Part shown: in pieces, positions 17,886-27,885 of the stretch | Layout of the letters: the number at the start of each line of letters is the position of its first letter | Position numbering within the stretch: the stretch's first letter is position 1 | Assembly (NCBI GenBank): GCA_030739585.1 | Contig: JASLYX010000005.1 | Location: 14,804 to 78,803 of the forward strand | DNA length: 64,000 nucleotides | Source of the DNA: Candidatus Bathyarchaeota archaeon | Lineage (GTDB): Archaea > Thermoproteota > Bathyarchaeia > TCS64 | Reading direction: 5' to 3' | Position numbers and translations under genes: made by a program | Notes under the pieces: generated by a model | The model's input: the letters and a program-made list of their open reading frames with translations, nothing else | The model's database searches: none | What the model was told of the DNA's origin: nothing

Positions 17886-20156
17886 ATGAATCCTGTCGCA
17901 GCGTTGACTCCACTTGAAACTCTCCTAAAATACCCAGGTCCATGGCTTGCCTGGATCCTCCCCATGATCGGCGCCTTAACTATGCCCCTCTTCGGGAGAC
18001 TGGGTGATAAGATAAGGGACTACGCGGCCGTTGCTTGGGGCCTAACATCGGTCGTGTCGGCGGCATCCATGATCCCGTGGTTGTTCACTGGCAACTGGCC
18101 CGGAGACATCAAATTGACGACTTGGATTACCTTCCCAGGCGGAAATCCCTTATCTGTCGGAGTTTTGGTAGACCCGTTAAGCATAATTATTACCAATGTG
18201 GTCGCGTTCATCTCGTTTCTTATCCTTGTCTATTCAACAGAATACATGCAGGGAGACAAGCATCTCACGAGGTTTTGGTTCTTCTTCCTCTATTTCGTCG
18301 GGAGCATGCTTCTGCTCGTCCTATCCGATAATCTCATCCAGACTATGCTTGGCTGGGAAGGAGTCGGCATCTGCAGCTATGGCCTTATTGGCTACTACTT
18401 TAGGGATGCAAAGAATCGGTGGCTCGGTGGACCACCACCTCACAAGATGTTTCCGCCGTCTCATGCCGGTATGAAGGCATTCGTGGTGACGGGAATCGGG
18501 GATGTTTTCATCCTGGGAGCAATATTCGTCATCTTCAACTACGCCGGCACTCTGAACTATGTGGAGCTTATCGAGACCGCACACGTATGGCTACCCCAAA
18601 TCGCTGCTGTTCCTGGCCTACTCGCCATCACGGCGATCTTTTTCCTCGCTGGCCCCATCGGTAAGTCTGCCCAATTCCCCTTTCATGAATGGCTACCCGA
18701 GGCTATGGCAGGTCCCACCTCTGTTTCCGCCCTAATCCATGCGGCCACAATGGTAAAGGCTGGAGTCTACCTCGTCGCTAGGATGTCTCCAATATTCTAC
18801 TTGGGCACCTGGGAGATGCATATTCCCGAGGCCCAGGTGTTCTTCATAGTAATAGCAATCGTAGGGGCATTCACCACCTTCATGGCTGCCTCTCAGGCAC
18901 TCGTCTCCGTTGAGTTGAAAAAGATCCTAGCATACTCAACGGTGAGCCAGATCGGCTATATGATGCTGGCCCTCGGAATATCAGGCCTGAGCGAGGGTGC
19001 ATATGTAGCCGGTATAACGGCGGGGGTCTTCCACCTGATGAGCCACGCCCTTTTCAAGGCAGCTCTCTTTCTTGGCGCCGGATCCGTCATCCATGCGATA
19101 CATACTATCTACACCTTCAACATGGGTGGTCTCAAAAAATATATGCCCATCACGTTCATCTTGATGATCATCGCGACCGCATCCCTGGCCGGGGTCCCGC
19201 CACTGAGCGGGTTCTGGAGCAAGGACGCCGTCTTCATTTCAGCTTTGATCGCCAACACGCCCTTATCGCGGACTTTGCTGGTCGTTGGAGCCATAAGCGC
19301 TGCGATGACCTTACTCTATAGTATCAGGTACATGATGATCACTTTCGCCGGCGTCGAGAGCAAACACATTAAGGATATGAAGCATCACGGCCACGAGCCC
19401 CACGAGGCTCCGAAGATCATGTGGGTGCCCATTGCCATCCTTGTCGGCCTCGTTTGCGTTGTTGGGCTCTTGGGTTTAATCGGTTTCTTCGTGCCAAGCT
19501 TGTCCCCCGAGCTTTTCATTGAGCATCAGATCGATAATATGCTCCATCACATGGAGATACCCCTTCACACCCACCACCTAGAGTTCACGACCACTCTGAC
19601 CGCCTGGGGCACTTCAGCGGCGATGCTCCTAATAGGTCTAATCCTAGGCTGGATCTTCTATCTTTCAAGGAAAAAGGACTCTTGGGCGTTTGTATCAGGG
19701 AATCCCGTCCTCCGTCCCCTTCACACATTCTTCTTCAATCGATGGTACATGAATTCCGCCTACTACGCCGTGTTCGTCTATGGACTTATTGACTTTGCGA
19801 AGGTGGTCTATGCAAGCCTTGAGAGCCTGGTCTTCGACAAGATTGGCACTTTCATAAGCGGTTCAATGATTGAATTCGGTAAGGTGCTCAACGTATTTGA
19901 GACAAAAGTCTATGTCCCAGGGATAAACCAAGACCTTGTCAACGTCTTCGTGAAGGGCAGCAACACTATGTACGATAACTTGGAAAATCTAATAGACATG
20001 GTTTTCAACCGTGCTGTCCCATCCGCTATGACCGGATTCCATAATCGAGTTAAGAAACTCCAGTCCGGAGTCTTATCTCACAACATTATATACATGGTGA
20101 TCCTATTCCTAGTTCTGATTCTAGGATTCGGATTATCTCTAATGAATGGAGGATAA
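17886..20156 (+). CDS. nuoL: Antiporter-like subunit NuoL with elongated lateral helix
   Basis: GWEGVGICSY, GKSAQFPFHEWLPEAMAGPTSVSALIHAATMVKAG, GFWSKD; 109 aa from WYMN to LQSG. Confidence 0.92.
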   Translation: MNPVAALTPLETLLKYPGPWLAWILPMIGALTMPLFGRLGDKIRDYAAVAWGLTSVVSAASMIPWLFTGNWPGDIKLTTWITFPGGNPLSVGVLVDPLSIIITNVVAFISFLILVYSTEYMQGDKHLTRFWFFFLYFVGSMLLLVLSDNLIQTMLGWEGVGICSYGLIGYYFRDAKNRWLGGPPPHKMFPPSHAGMKAFVVTGIGDVFILGAIFVIFNYAGTLNYVELIETAHVWLPQIAAVPGLLAITAIFFLAGPIGKSAQFPFHEWLPEAMAGPTSVSALIHAATMVKAGVYLVARMSPIFYLGTWEMHIPEAQVFFIVIAIVGAFTTFMAASQALVSVELKKILAYSTVSQIGYMMLALGISGLSEGAYVAGITAGVFHLMSHALFKAALFLGAGSVIHAIHTIYTFNMGGLKKYMPITFILMIIATASLAGVPPLSGFWSKDAVFISALIANTPLSRTLLVVGAISAAMTLLYSIRYMMITFAGVESKHIKDMKHHGHEPHEAPKIMWVPIAILVGLVCVVGLLGLIGFFVPSLSPELFIEHQIDNMLHHMEIPLHTHHLEFTTTLTAWGTSAAMLLIGLILGWIFYLSRKKDSWAFVSGNPVLRPLHTFFFNRWYMNSAYYAVFVYGLIDFAKVVYASLESLVFDKIGTFISGSMIEFGKVLNVFETKVYVPGINQDLVNVFVKGSNTMYDNLENLIDMVFNRAVPSAMTGFHNRVKKLQSGVLSHNIIYMVILFLVLILGFGLSLMNGG

Positions 20157-20160
20157 TGAA

Positions 20161-21660
20161 ATGGTAATACCTTACTCCTTAGCTTTGATACTTTTAGTCC
20201 CTTTAGTATCTGCACCCATAGTTTACTATCTTGGTAAGCAGATGGGAAAGAAAGTTGGATGGATTGCACTCATCCCATTACTTATCACATTACTATTTGT
20301 TACCAACGTTGCTATAAGCATCAAGGACGGTGGATCCTATAACGAGAGTTATGTTTGGGCTCCTGCTTCGGGACTCTCATTCGGTCTGCTAGCTGACGGC
20401 TTGAGCATTTGGATGTTACTCACAGTAAATATTCTCGCCTTATTGATTTGCGTTTACTCTGTTCGGTACATGGAGCACATGTTCCAGGAGGAGGAGCACC
20501 GCACTGGCGTCTCAACTCCCAACTCGGCCTACTCTTCCTACTACACATTCTACCTTCTATACGCAGTTGGGATGCTCGGCACTGTTTTAACGACGAATTT
20601 GATCCAGTTTTACCTGTTCTACGAACTCATGCTTGTGCCCAGCTGGGTCCTCATTAACAACTATGGCTACGGGGAGCGAGAGCGGATCGGAATGATGTAC
20701 TTCATGTGGACCCATGTAGGTGCAGTAATAATGCTGGCAGGCATCCTCAGCAGCTTCTGGATCACCGGTAGTTTCGAGATCTCGGCCCTCAGCAGTATAG
20801 TCGGTAGCCCCCTTGCAGGTTGGATATCCCTCGCAATCCTCTTTGGCTTCTTTACAAAGATGGCGGTTTTTGGTCTCCACATCTGGCTGCCCTACGCCCA
20901 CGCTGAAGCTCCGACTCCAATAAGCGCTTTGCTGAGTCCAGCAATGATAGGGATTGGTGCCTACGCGGCTGTAAGGCTCGTTATTGCCCCGATGCTCGAG
21001 GTTTTCAGTCAATATAAATTGCTATTTTCAGCATGGGCCCTTCTTACCATGGTTTATGGTGGTCTTATGGCTCTAGCTCAGGACGATATAAAGAAGCTCC
21101 TTGCATATTCGAGCGTTAGCCAGATGGGCTACATATTCCTCGGACTCAGCAGTGCAACATCCATTGGTCTTACCGGGGCTATCTTCCACTATATCACACA
21201 TGGCATCTCTAAGGGTATCCTTTTCGCTATTGCTGGAATTCTCATTGTCCAAACGGGGACACGGAGCATTAAAGAACTTGGTGGATTGATAGATCAGATG
21301 CCACTTACCGGTGCCCTGTTTATCATTGGCTTCTTCGGTATCTCCGGGATCCCCCCAACGATCGGATTTATGTCAAAATGGACAATCTTCTTGGGTCTCT
21401 TTACAGGAGCGCTCGAGCATTCAATTGAGATGATCGTAATATCCGTCATCTCAATCCTCATGACCGTAATTACCCTAGGTTACTCTCTCTGGACTATATG
21501 GCGAATTTTCTTCGGTCCCCTCCCAGATCATCTGAAAGAAGTTAAGGAGGCTCCACCAATCATGACAGTTCCCCCTCTAGTCCTTGCAGTTGCGTCTCTG
21601 ATCCTTGGAATCTTTCCAGGTTTTGTCACAGATTTCCTTGTTCGTGTTTTGGGGGTTTAA
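20161..21660 (+). CDS. nuoM: Antiporter-like subunit NuoM, copy 1
   Basis: DGLSIW, FYLFYELMLVP, KMAVFGLHIWLPYAHAEAP, KKLLAYSSVSQMG. Confidence 0.85.
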   Translation: MVIPYSLALILLVPLVSAPIVYYLGKQMGKKVGWIALIPLLITLLFVTNVAISIKDGGSYNESYVWAPASGLSFGLLADGLSIWMLLTVNILALLICVYSVRYMEHMFQEEEHRTGVSTPNSAYSSYYTFYLLYAVGMLGTVLTTNLIQFYLFYELMLVPSWVLINNYGYGERERIGMMYFMWTHVGAVIMLAGILSSFWITGSFEISALSSIVGSPLAGWISLAILFGFFTKMAVFGLHIWLPYAHAEAPTPISALLSPAMIGIGAYAAVRLVIAPMLEVFSQYKLLFSAWALLTMVYGGLMALAQDDIKKLLAYSSVSQMGYIFLGLSSATSIGLTGAIFHYITHGISKGILFAIAGILIVQTGTRSIKELGGLIDQMPLTGALFIIGFFGISGIPPTIGFMSKWTIFLGLFTGALEHSIEMIVISVISILMTVITLGYSLWTIWRIFFGPLPDHLKEVKEAPPIMTVPPLVLAVASLILGIFPGFVTDFLVRVLGV

Positions 21661-23145
21661 ATGATGTTTACACCATTATGGATTGCGATACTTGCGCCTA
21701 TTCTGTTCATGCCAATAGTCTATGCAATCGGCCGAAGAATCGGTAAAAAAGTTAGTTGGATAGCCCTCATCCCTCTCGCTTTTAGCGTGGTCACGTTCAT
21801 AAACTTCATGCCTACGATCTCTCTAGGGCCTATTGGCGAGTACTTCTTCTGGCTGCCAGGGCTTAGGTTTGGACTACTTCTTGATGGCTTGAGCTTGCCC
21901 ATTGTCCTTACAGTAGCCATCCTTTCTGCTTTGATCGTCATATATTCTACCGCCTATATGGAGCACAAGGTTCACGAGGAATACCACGAAGATAATAAAA
22001 AAGCCTATGCGACCTACTACGCCCTTTACCTCGCTTATGCCACCAGTATGATGGGAGTTGCTCTATCAACTAATCTATTTGAGTTCTACTTTTTCTTTGA
22101 GCTGATGATAATTCCCTCCTGGGCTTTGATAAATATATACGGATATGGGGAGAGGGAGAAGATAGCTCTGACTTACCTTCTCTGGTCCATAGTCGGAGCG
22201 GTGTTATTTGTCACAGGCGCACTTACCGCCCATGCTGTGCTACATAGTTTCGAGATCTCAGATCTAGCCAAGCTTAACGGTCATCCCCTGTCAACGTTTA
22301 TTGTTATATCCATGCTCCTAGGTTTCTTTATCAAGATGGCGGCTTTTGGCTTACACATATGGCTGCCCTATGCCCACACAGAGGCACCTACACCCATAAG
22401 CGCCCTGCTAAGCCCGGCTATGATCGGCTTGGCCGCATATGCCACAGTCAGGATTCTAGTTCCAATCCAAAGTGCCTTCCAAAGTATTCATTGGATAGTA
22501 TTGATCTGGGCATTTGTGACTATGGTTTACGGAGGTCTAATGGTTTTAGCCCAGACCGATATAAAGCGGCTCCTTGCCTATTCAAGCATGAGCCAGATGG
22601 GCTATCTTATCATCGGCATAGCTAGTAACACACCCCTTGGGATATCTGGGACTATGCTACACTATGTCAGCCACGGATTGGGTAAGGCTGCTCTCTTTTT
22701 ATCGGCGGGTGCCATAATGCATCAGAGCGGCATCCGCGATATCAGATCACTAGGAGGTCTTGCTGGGAAGATGCCAATTTCGGCCGTTGCTTTTACCATA
22801 GGGGTTATGAATATTGCAGGCATACCGCCAACGATAGGATTTATCTCTAAGATGATGGTGTTCATGGGCGCCATAAACCGGGGGTTGGTTACCTCCCCCC
22901 TCGATCTGGCAGTAACCTTCGCGGCATTAATTTCAACCGCGCTTACAATAGGATACACAACTTGGACCATACGACGCATTTTCTTTGGCCCAACACCGGA
23001 ACATCTGAATAATGTAAAAGAGGCTCCAATTACGATGACAGCTCCCTTAATCATAATAAGTGTCCTCTCTGTGGTTCTTGGCATCTATCCTAAAGTCATC
23101 CTGGACCCCCTTATTCAGATTGTCCAGGTACTAGTCCCCGGGTAA
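21661..23145 (+). CDS. nuoM: Antiporter-like subunit NuoM, copy 2
   Basis: DGLSLP, FYFFFELMIIP, KMAAFGLHIWLPYAHTEAP, KRLLAYSSMSQMG. Confidence 0.85.
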   Translation: MMFTPLWIAILAPILFMPIVYAIGRRIGKKVSWIALIPLAFSVVTFINFMPTISLGPIGEYFFWLPGLRFGLLLDGLSLPIVLTVAILSALIVIYSTAYMEHKVHEEYHEDNKKAYATYYALYLAYATSMMGVALSTNLFEFYFFFELMIIPSWALINIYGYGEREKIALTYLLWSIVGAVLFVTGALTAHAVLHSFEISDLAKLNGHPLSTFIVISMLLGFFIKMAAFGLHIWLPYAHTEAPTPISALLSPAMIGLAAYATVRILVPIQSAFQSIHWIVLIWAFVTMVYGGLMVLAQTDIKRLLAYSSMSQMGYLIIGIASNTPLGISGTMLHYVSHGLGKAALFLSAGAIMHQSGIRDIRSLGGLAGKMPISAVAFTIGVMNIAGIPPTIGFISKMMVFMGAINRGLVTSPLDLAVTFAALISTALTIGYTTWTIRRIFFGPTPEHLNNVKEAPITMTAPLIIISVLSVVLGIYPKVILDPLIQIVQVLVPG

Positions 23146-23164
23146 TGAGGAGGATTGAAGAGAA

Positions 23165-24661
23165 ATGATTAATGGTTTGCTGGCGTTTGTGGTTTTCTTA
23201 CCAATAATATCTGCGCCAATCATCTATGTTCTGAGGAAAAGATTCGGTGAAAGCCTTGATTGGGGGCCGTTCATCATCTTACTCTTCATAACATTGATAA
23301 CGGCTCCCCTTGTGTTGACGGCTCATAAGCACAACCTCCTTGAAGAATACCTATGGACGACGACACCGGTGAAACTTACGTTTGGACTACTTGGAGATGG
23401 GCTGAGCGTTCCAATACTCTTCACAATGATCTTCGTTTTTGCATTCTCCGTGTTATTCTCCATTCCGTATATGAGACGTCGGATGAAAAGAGGGGATATT
23501 GTGGAGAGTGATGGTAAATATGCTATTTACTACACCTTTTATTTACTGTATGTGGGGAGCGTTCTAGGGTCTATCCTCTCGACCAACCTCATTGAGTTCT
23601 ACCTTTTCTTCGAGTGTGCGGTGGTGTTTTCATGGTTCCTTATTTTCATCTTTGGCTATGGTAAACGTGAAAAAATATCTCTGACCTATTTTATCTGGAC
23701 CAGTGTGGGGGCGCTTTTCCTACTTACAGGGATGTTATTTGCTTACCAGTATATCGGAAGCTTTGAAATCGCTGATCTATGGAGAATATCGGAAAGTCCG
23801 ATAGGAACTTGGATCGGTTTAGCATTCACCCTAGGGATCCTTGTAAAGATTGGTGCCCTAGGACTCCATGGCTGGCTCCCAAGCACCTATGGAGAGGCCC
23901 CTACCCCTGTTAGTGCGGTCCTGGGGGCGACATCCGTTGTGCTAGGGACGTACTCCTTAGCAAGGCTGCTCGTCCCCTTCCGTGAGGTCATGTTCGGGAT
24001 TAGTGGCTGGCTTGAACTCTGGGCACTACTGACGATTCTCTACGCCGGTGTCATGGCCTTGAGGCAGAGTGACACAAAGGGTTTAGTAGCTTACTTAAGC
24101 ATGAGCCAGATGAACTATTGCTTTCTAGGCGTTTTTACTTATGTGTTCCACGGTGTCCTTGGGGCTGTTTCATATAGTATCAGCCACGGACTCGCCATTT
24201 CCCTGCTCTTTTTGGTATCCGGAGCCATACTGTATAGGACAGGTACACGAAATATGGATGAGCTAGGAGGATTAGCCGAAAAGTTACCCTCATCCATGAT
24301 CGCAATCCTTGTGGGCTTCCTAACCATTGGAGGTCTTCCACCCTCGGTTGGATTTAAGTCAAAATTTATACTCCTCACTGGCGCCTTTGAGAGAGCTCTT
24401 GTTAGCTCCCCTCTCGAATGGATAATTGCGATACTAGCGGCGACAGTAGCTACTATAGTTACAGTCGCTTACGAATTTAAGACAGTATGGAGGGTATTCT
24501 ACGGCAAGTTACCGAAACAATTCGATGATTTAAGGCAAGAACCCATTCCAATGATCGTAGCTTTATTTGCAATGAGCTCCCTACTCATATTATTCGGCAT
24601 CTGGCCCATTATCATTACAAAACCACTAGAGGTGTTCTTTGAACATTTACCGTGGGGATAA
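23165..24661 (+). CDS. nuoM: Antiporter-like subunit NuoM, copy 3 (most divergent)
   Basis: DGLSVP, FYLFFECAVV, KIGALGLHGWLPSTYGEAP, KGLVAYLSMSQMN, GFKSKF. Confidence 0.8.
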   Translation: MINGLLAFVVFLPIISAPIIYVLRKRFGESLDWGPFIILLFITLITAPLVLTAHKHNLLEEYLWTTTPVKLTFGLLGDGLSVPILFTMIFVFAFSVLFSIPYMRRRMKRGDIVESDGKYAIYYTFYLLYVGSVLGSILSTNLIEFYLFFECAVVFSWFLIFIFGYGKREKISLTYFIWTSVGALFLLTGMLFAYQYIGSFEIADLWRISESPIGTWIGLAFTLGILVKIGALGLHGWLPSTYGEAPTPVSAVLGATSVVLGTYSLARLLVPFREVMFGISGWLELWALLTILYAGVMALRQSDTKGLVAYLSMSQMNYCFLGVFTYVFHGVLGAVSYSISHGLAISLLFLVSGAILYRTGTRNMDELGGLAEKLPSSMIAILVGFLTIGGLPPSVGFKSKFILLTGAFERALVSSPLEWIIAILAATVATIVTVAYEFKTVWRVFYGKLPKQFDDLRQEPIPMIVALFAMSSLLILFGIWPIIITKPLEVFFEHLPWG

Positions 24662-24713
24662 CTGAATGGGTTGAACTAAGATGTTGATAAAATGTGTATA
24701 TAATGTACATCTG

Positions 24714-24777
24714 TTTTAACGGTTAAAATAAATAAAACGATTTAACCGATATTGGGACGATTCATGCGCGCGATGAA
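24714..24777. promoter_or_regulatory. Palindromic elements between the nuo and atp operons
   Basis: TTTTAAC-G-GTTAAAA (24714-24728), CGGTTAAA/TTTAACCG (24720-24748), TTCAT-GCGCGCG-ATGAA (24761-24777). Confidence 0.4.
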
Positions 24778-24825
24778 AAGTATTACAGAAGTTTTTTTAA
24801 TCAAGAGCCCCTGAGCATCTAAGAC

Positions 24826-25143
24826 ATGAGTGTTGCCGTAATAGGACCCCCCTCCTTTATCACCACCTTCGAGTTGATTGGGGCTGCGGGTTTTGAGAGC
24901 AGCTCCGGGGATGCTGTAGCGCAGACTTTGGATCGTCTCGTCAACGAGGGTCAATTTCAATTCATAGTAATCCCTGAGCGCTTTGCAATACAGACACGAC
25001 CCGTCCGGGAGGCTGTTATGAGTAAGGGGGAGATTACGCCTGTCTTCGCCCTCATCCCTGACTTCACGATGGAGACTGGGATGAGAATGGAGGAGCTCCA
25101 GGAAGTTGTTTCCCTTGCTATTGGAACACGTTTAGAGCTGTGA
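24826..25143 (+). CDS. atpF: A/V-type ATP synthase subunit F
   Basis: VAVIG...FELIGAAG...EVVSLAIG; first gene of the ATPase cluster. Confidence 0.8.
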   Translation: MSVAVIGPPSFITTFELIGAAGFESSSGDAVAQTLDRLVNEGQFQFIVIPERFAIQTRPVREAVMSKGEITPVFALIPDFTMETGMRMEELQEVVSLAIGTRLEL

Positions 25144-25147
25144 TGAA

Positions 25148-25480
25148 ATGGGTACGGAAAGTGTATTATCAATAGGAGAGCGCCTCCAGAAACTCTTAGT
25201 CAATGCTGAAGTCGAGGCCAAGGCCATGATTACAGAGGCACAGAGCACCACCAACGAGAAGATTACTGCTGCTAATAACGAGGCCTCTAGGAAGAGGGCC
25301 ATGGCTCAGAGGGGCACCGGGATCGAGGAGCTCCTTAAGGATGAGGAAAAGAAGGCGAAAAAGGAAGCTAAGAAGATCCTTAAGGATTACCAAGTCCAAG
25401 CTGAGGCTCTCAAGGACGTTCCGGAAGATAAAGTAAGAGAGGCTATAGAGACGGTGATGAAAGAGGTGCTCCGCCAATGA
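25148..25480 (+). CDS. A/V-type ATP synthase subunit H/G (peripheral stalk)
   Basis: 110-aa charged coiled coil (AEVEAKAMITEA) in ATPase operon. Confidence 0.7.
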   Translation: MGTESVLSIGERLQKLLVNAEVEAKAMITEAQSTTNEKITAANNEASRKRAMAQRGTGIEELLKDEEKKAKKEAKKILKDYQVQAEALKDVPEDKVREAIETVMKEVLRQ

Positions 25481-26121
25481 GCAAATCCACCATGGATCTC
25501 GAGGCCAATCTCATCGAAAGAGTTATCGAGCAAAGGAACAAACTCCTAGAGGATGCAGAAAACAAAGTTAGAACGATTAAAAGGTCGGGCGTAGAGGAGG
25601 TGGCCCGTATTCTCGCTAACTCTGAGGCGGAGATCCTCAGTATGATCGGCTCTGATCTCAACGCCACGAGAGACAGGATAATTGGGGCAGCCCAACTTGA
25701 GGGCAGGAAGGTCATCCTGCTAACCCGCCAGTCCATTCTAGTTGGAATCTTCGATAAAGTTCTAGAGAGGCTCCAAGGTGTGGCAATGGGAGGCGAGGCC
25801 ACTGTTGACAAAGGTCGGGTCCTCATCTCGCTAATCACAGAGGCTGCCACCGCAATTGGCGGCGAGGAATTCATTATTTCAGCGAACAAGGCTGACCTTG
25901 AGTATCTTGAAAAAAACTTAGGTAATATCCATATGGCTTTAAAGAAATCGATAGGTGAGATTAGAATCAGCGTTGACTCGGATCCCCTCAACGTCGTTGG
26001 GGGTGTTGTTGTTAGGAATAGCGACGGTAATAAGACCTACCATAACACCTTTGAGGGCAGGCTTGCAAACGTTAGGGCGAGGCTCGAGTCCGAGATCGCC
26101 GAAAATCTAGGAGTGCTGTAA
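25477..26121 (+). CDS. atpE: A/V-type ATP synthase subunit E
   Basis: Coiled-coil N-terminus; GGVVVRNSDG...NTFEGRL. Confidence 0.88.
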   Translation: MSKSTMDLEANLIERVIEQRNKLLEDAENKVRTIKRSGVEEVARILANSEAEILSMIGSDLNATRDRIIGAAQLEGRKVILLTRQSILVGIFDKVLERLQGVAMGGEATVDKGRVLISLITEAATAIGGEEFIISANKADLEYLEKNLGNIHMALKKSIGEIRISVDSDPLNVVGGVVVRNSDGNKTYHNTFEGRLANVRARLESEIAENLGVL

Positions 26122-27885
26122 ATGTCAATTATTGGAACAATCGAGAGAATTAATGGATCCCTCATCGTTGCCCATTTCGACGAGGAGCCAAAGATCGGCG
26201 ACCTTACCGAGGTCGGGGACCTCAGACTTATGGGAGAGATAGTTAGGCTCAGCGGGGAGACCGCTTATATACAGTGCTTCGAGGCAACTAGCGGTCTCAG
26301 ACCCGGGGAGCCGGTTGCAGACCTCGGAGTCCCCCTTGTCGCTGAACTCGGTCCTGGCCTTATGGGCCGGATCGTGGACGGCGTGGAGAGGTCAGAGACG
26401 GAGCTTTGGGAACTTACGGGGCCCTTTGTCTCCAGAGGGACTAATATCTCGCCCCTCAATAGGGAGGCAAAATGGAGATTTGAGGCTAAGGTCAAACCCG
26501 GTGACAAGGTAGAGGGGGGTAATGTCCTTGGGGTTGTCCAGGAGACGGTGTCCTTTGAGCACAGGGTGCTAGTACCCCTTAAACAGTCAGGCACCATCAA
26601 ATCAATCATGTCGGGGGAGTTCACCGTTACCGACGTCATTGGAGAGATTGCAACCAGCTCAGGCATCGTGCCAATCAAAATGATGCAGACCTGGCCAGTG
26701 CGGATCCCTAGACCCATCAAAGAACGTCTCCCTCTGGAGATGCCCCTTATGACTGGTCAAAGGGTCATCGACACCTTTTTCCCCGTGGCGAAAGGCGGTG
26801 CAGCTGCAATCCCCGGTGGCTTCGGGACAGGCAAGACGGTTACCCTTCAACAGGTTGCCAAGTGGTCTGACGCTGATATCATAATCTATATCGGGTGCGG
26901 GGAGAGGGGAAACGAGATGGCCGACGTAGTTGCCCACTTCCCCGAACTCGAGGATCCCCGAAGCGGAAGCAAGCTCATCGAGAGGACGGTCATCATCGCG
27001 AACGTCTCTAATATGCCCGTCTCCGCAAGAGAGGCCAGCATCTATATGGGAGTTACCATCGGAGAGTTCTACAGGGACATGGGTTATGACGTCGCTATTA
27101 TGGCTGACTCTACGTCACGATGGGCTGAAGCTCTCAGGGATATCTCAGGGCGTCTCGAGGAGATCCCTGCTGAGGCAGGTTTCCCCGCCTACCTCTCGGA
27201 CCGGATCGCCCAGATTTATGAGAGAACAGGCAGGGGCGTCGTTATGGGGGACGGCAGAAAGTTAGGCAGTCTCACGCTTATAGGGGCCGTATCTCCCCCC
27301 GGCGGAGACTTTAGTGAACCCGTGACCACCCATACCCTTAGGTTCATTGGTACCTTCTGGGCTTTGGATACAGACCTAGCTTACAGGCGCCACTTCCCGG
27401 CTATCAACTGGCTAAGGAGTTTTACGCGTTACTTGGAAGTTGCTGCTCGATGGTGGGCTAGCCTTGATCCTGGGTGGGAAGAATCAAGGACTCAGGCACT
27501 AAGGCTATTAGAGGAGGCCTCGGAGATCGAAGAGACCGCCAGGATAATTGGGGAAAAGGCTCTCCCGGACGAGCAGAGGCTCGTGCTACTACTGGCGGAG
27601 ATGCTCAGGGAGGGCTTCCTTGTTCAAAGCGCATTTCACGATGTCGACACCTATTGCGAGGCTGAGAAGCAGACTGCCCTACTCAAAGTGTTCATTGAGT
27701 TCTACACTAAGGTGGACCCCCTCGTGAAGTCGGGTGTACCCATTGAACAGGTGAGGGAAATGGACATCGTCACCGAACTAATGCGCCTCAAGGAGAGGGC
27801 CGGAGTCGAGCCCATAGAGCAAGCGAGTAAGGCGATCCTCAGGCAGAGGGACGCCCTCGCGGAGCGGTATGAGGTGAAACTGTAA
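26122..27885 (+). CDS. atpA: A/V-type ATP synthase subunit A
   Basis: GGFGTGKT P-loop, [31 protein letters not shown]; no intein. Confidence 0.97.
   Translation: MSIIGTIERINGSLIVAHFDEEPKIGDLTEVGDLRLMGEIVRLSGETAYIQCFEATSGLRPGEPVADLGVPLVAELGPGLMGRIVDGVERSETELWELTGPFVSRGTNISPLNREAKWRFEAKVKPGDKVEGGNVLGVVQETVSFEHRVLVPLKQSGTIKSIMSGEFTVTDVIGEIATSSGIVPIKMMQTWPVRIPRPIKERLPLEMPLMTGQRVIDTFFPVAKGGAAAIPGGFGTGKTVTLQQVAKWSDADIIIYIGCGERGNEMADVVAHFPELEDPRSGSKLIERTVIIANVSNMPVSAREASIYMGVTIGEFYRDMGYDVAIMADSTSRWAEALRDISGRLEEIPAEAGFPAYLSDRIAQIYERTGRGVVMGDGRKLGSLTLIGAVSPPGGDFSEPVTTHTLRFIGTFWALDTDLAYRRHFPAINWLRSFTRYLEVAARWWASLDPGWEESRTQALRLLEEASEIEETARIIGEKALPDEQRLVLLLAEMLREGFLVQSAFHDVDTYCEAEKQTALLKVFIEFYTKVDPLVKSGVPIEQVREMDIVTELMRLKERAGVEPIEQASKAILRQRDALAERYEVKL

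Noticed and set aside
20161-24661. Triple nuoM as an assembly duplication
   Set aside because: The copies are clearly divergent in protein and DNA sequence, all intact, and matched by the NuoL helix extension.
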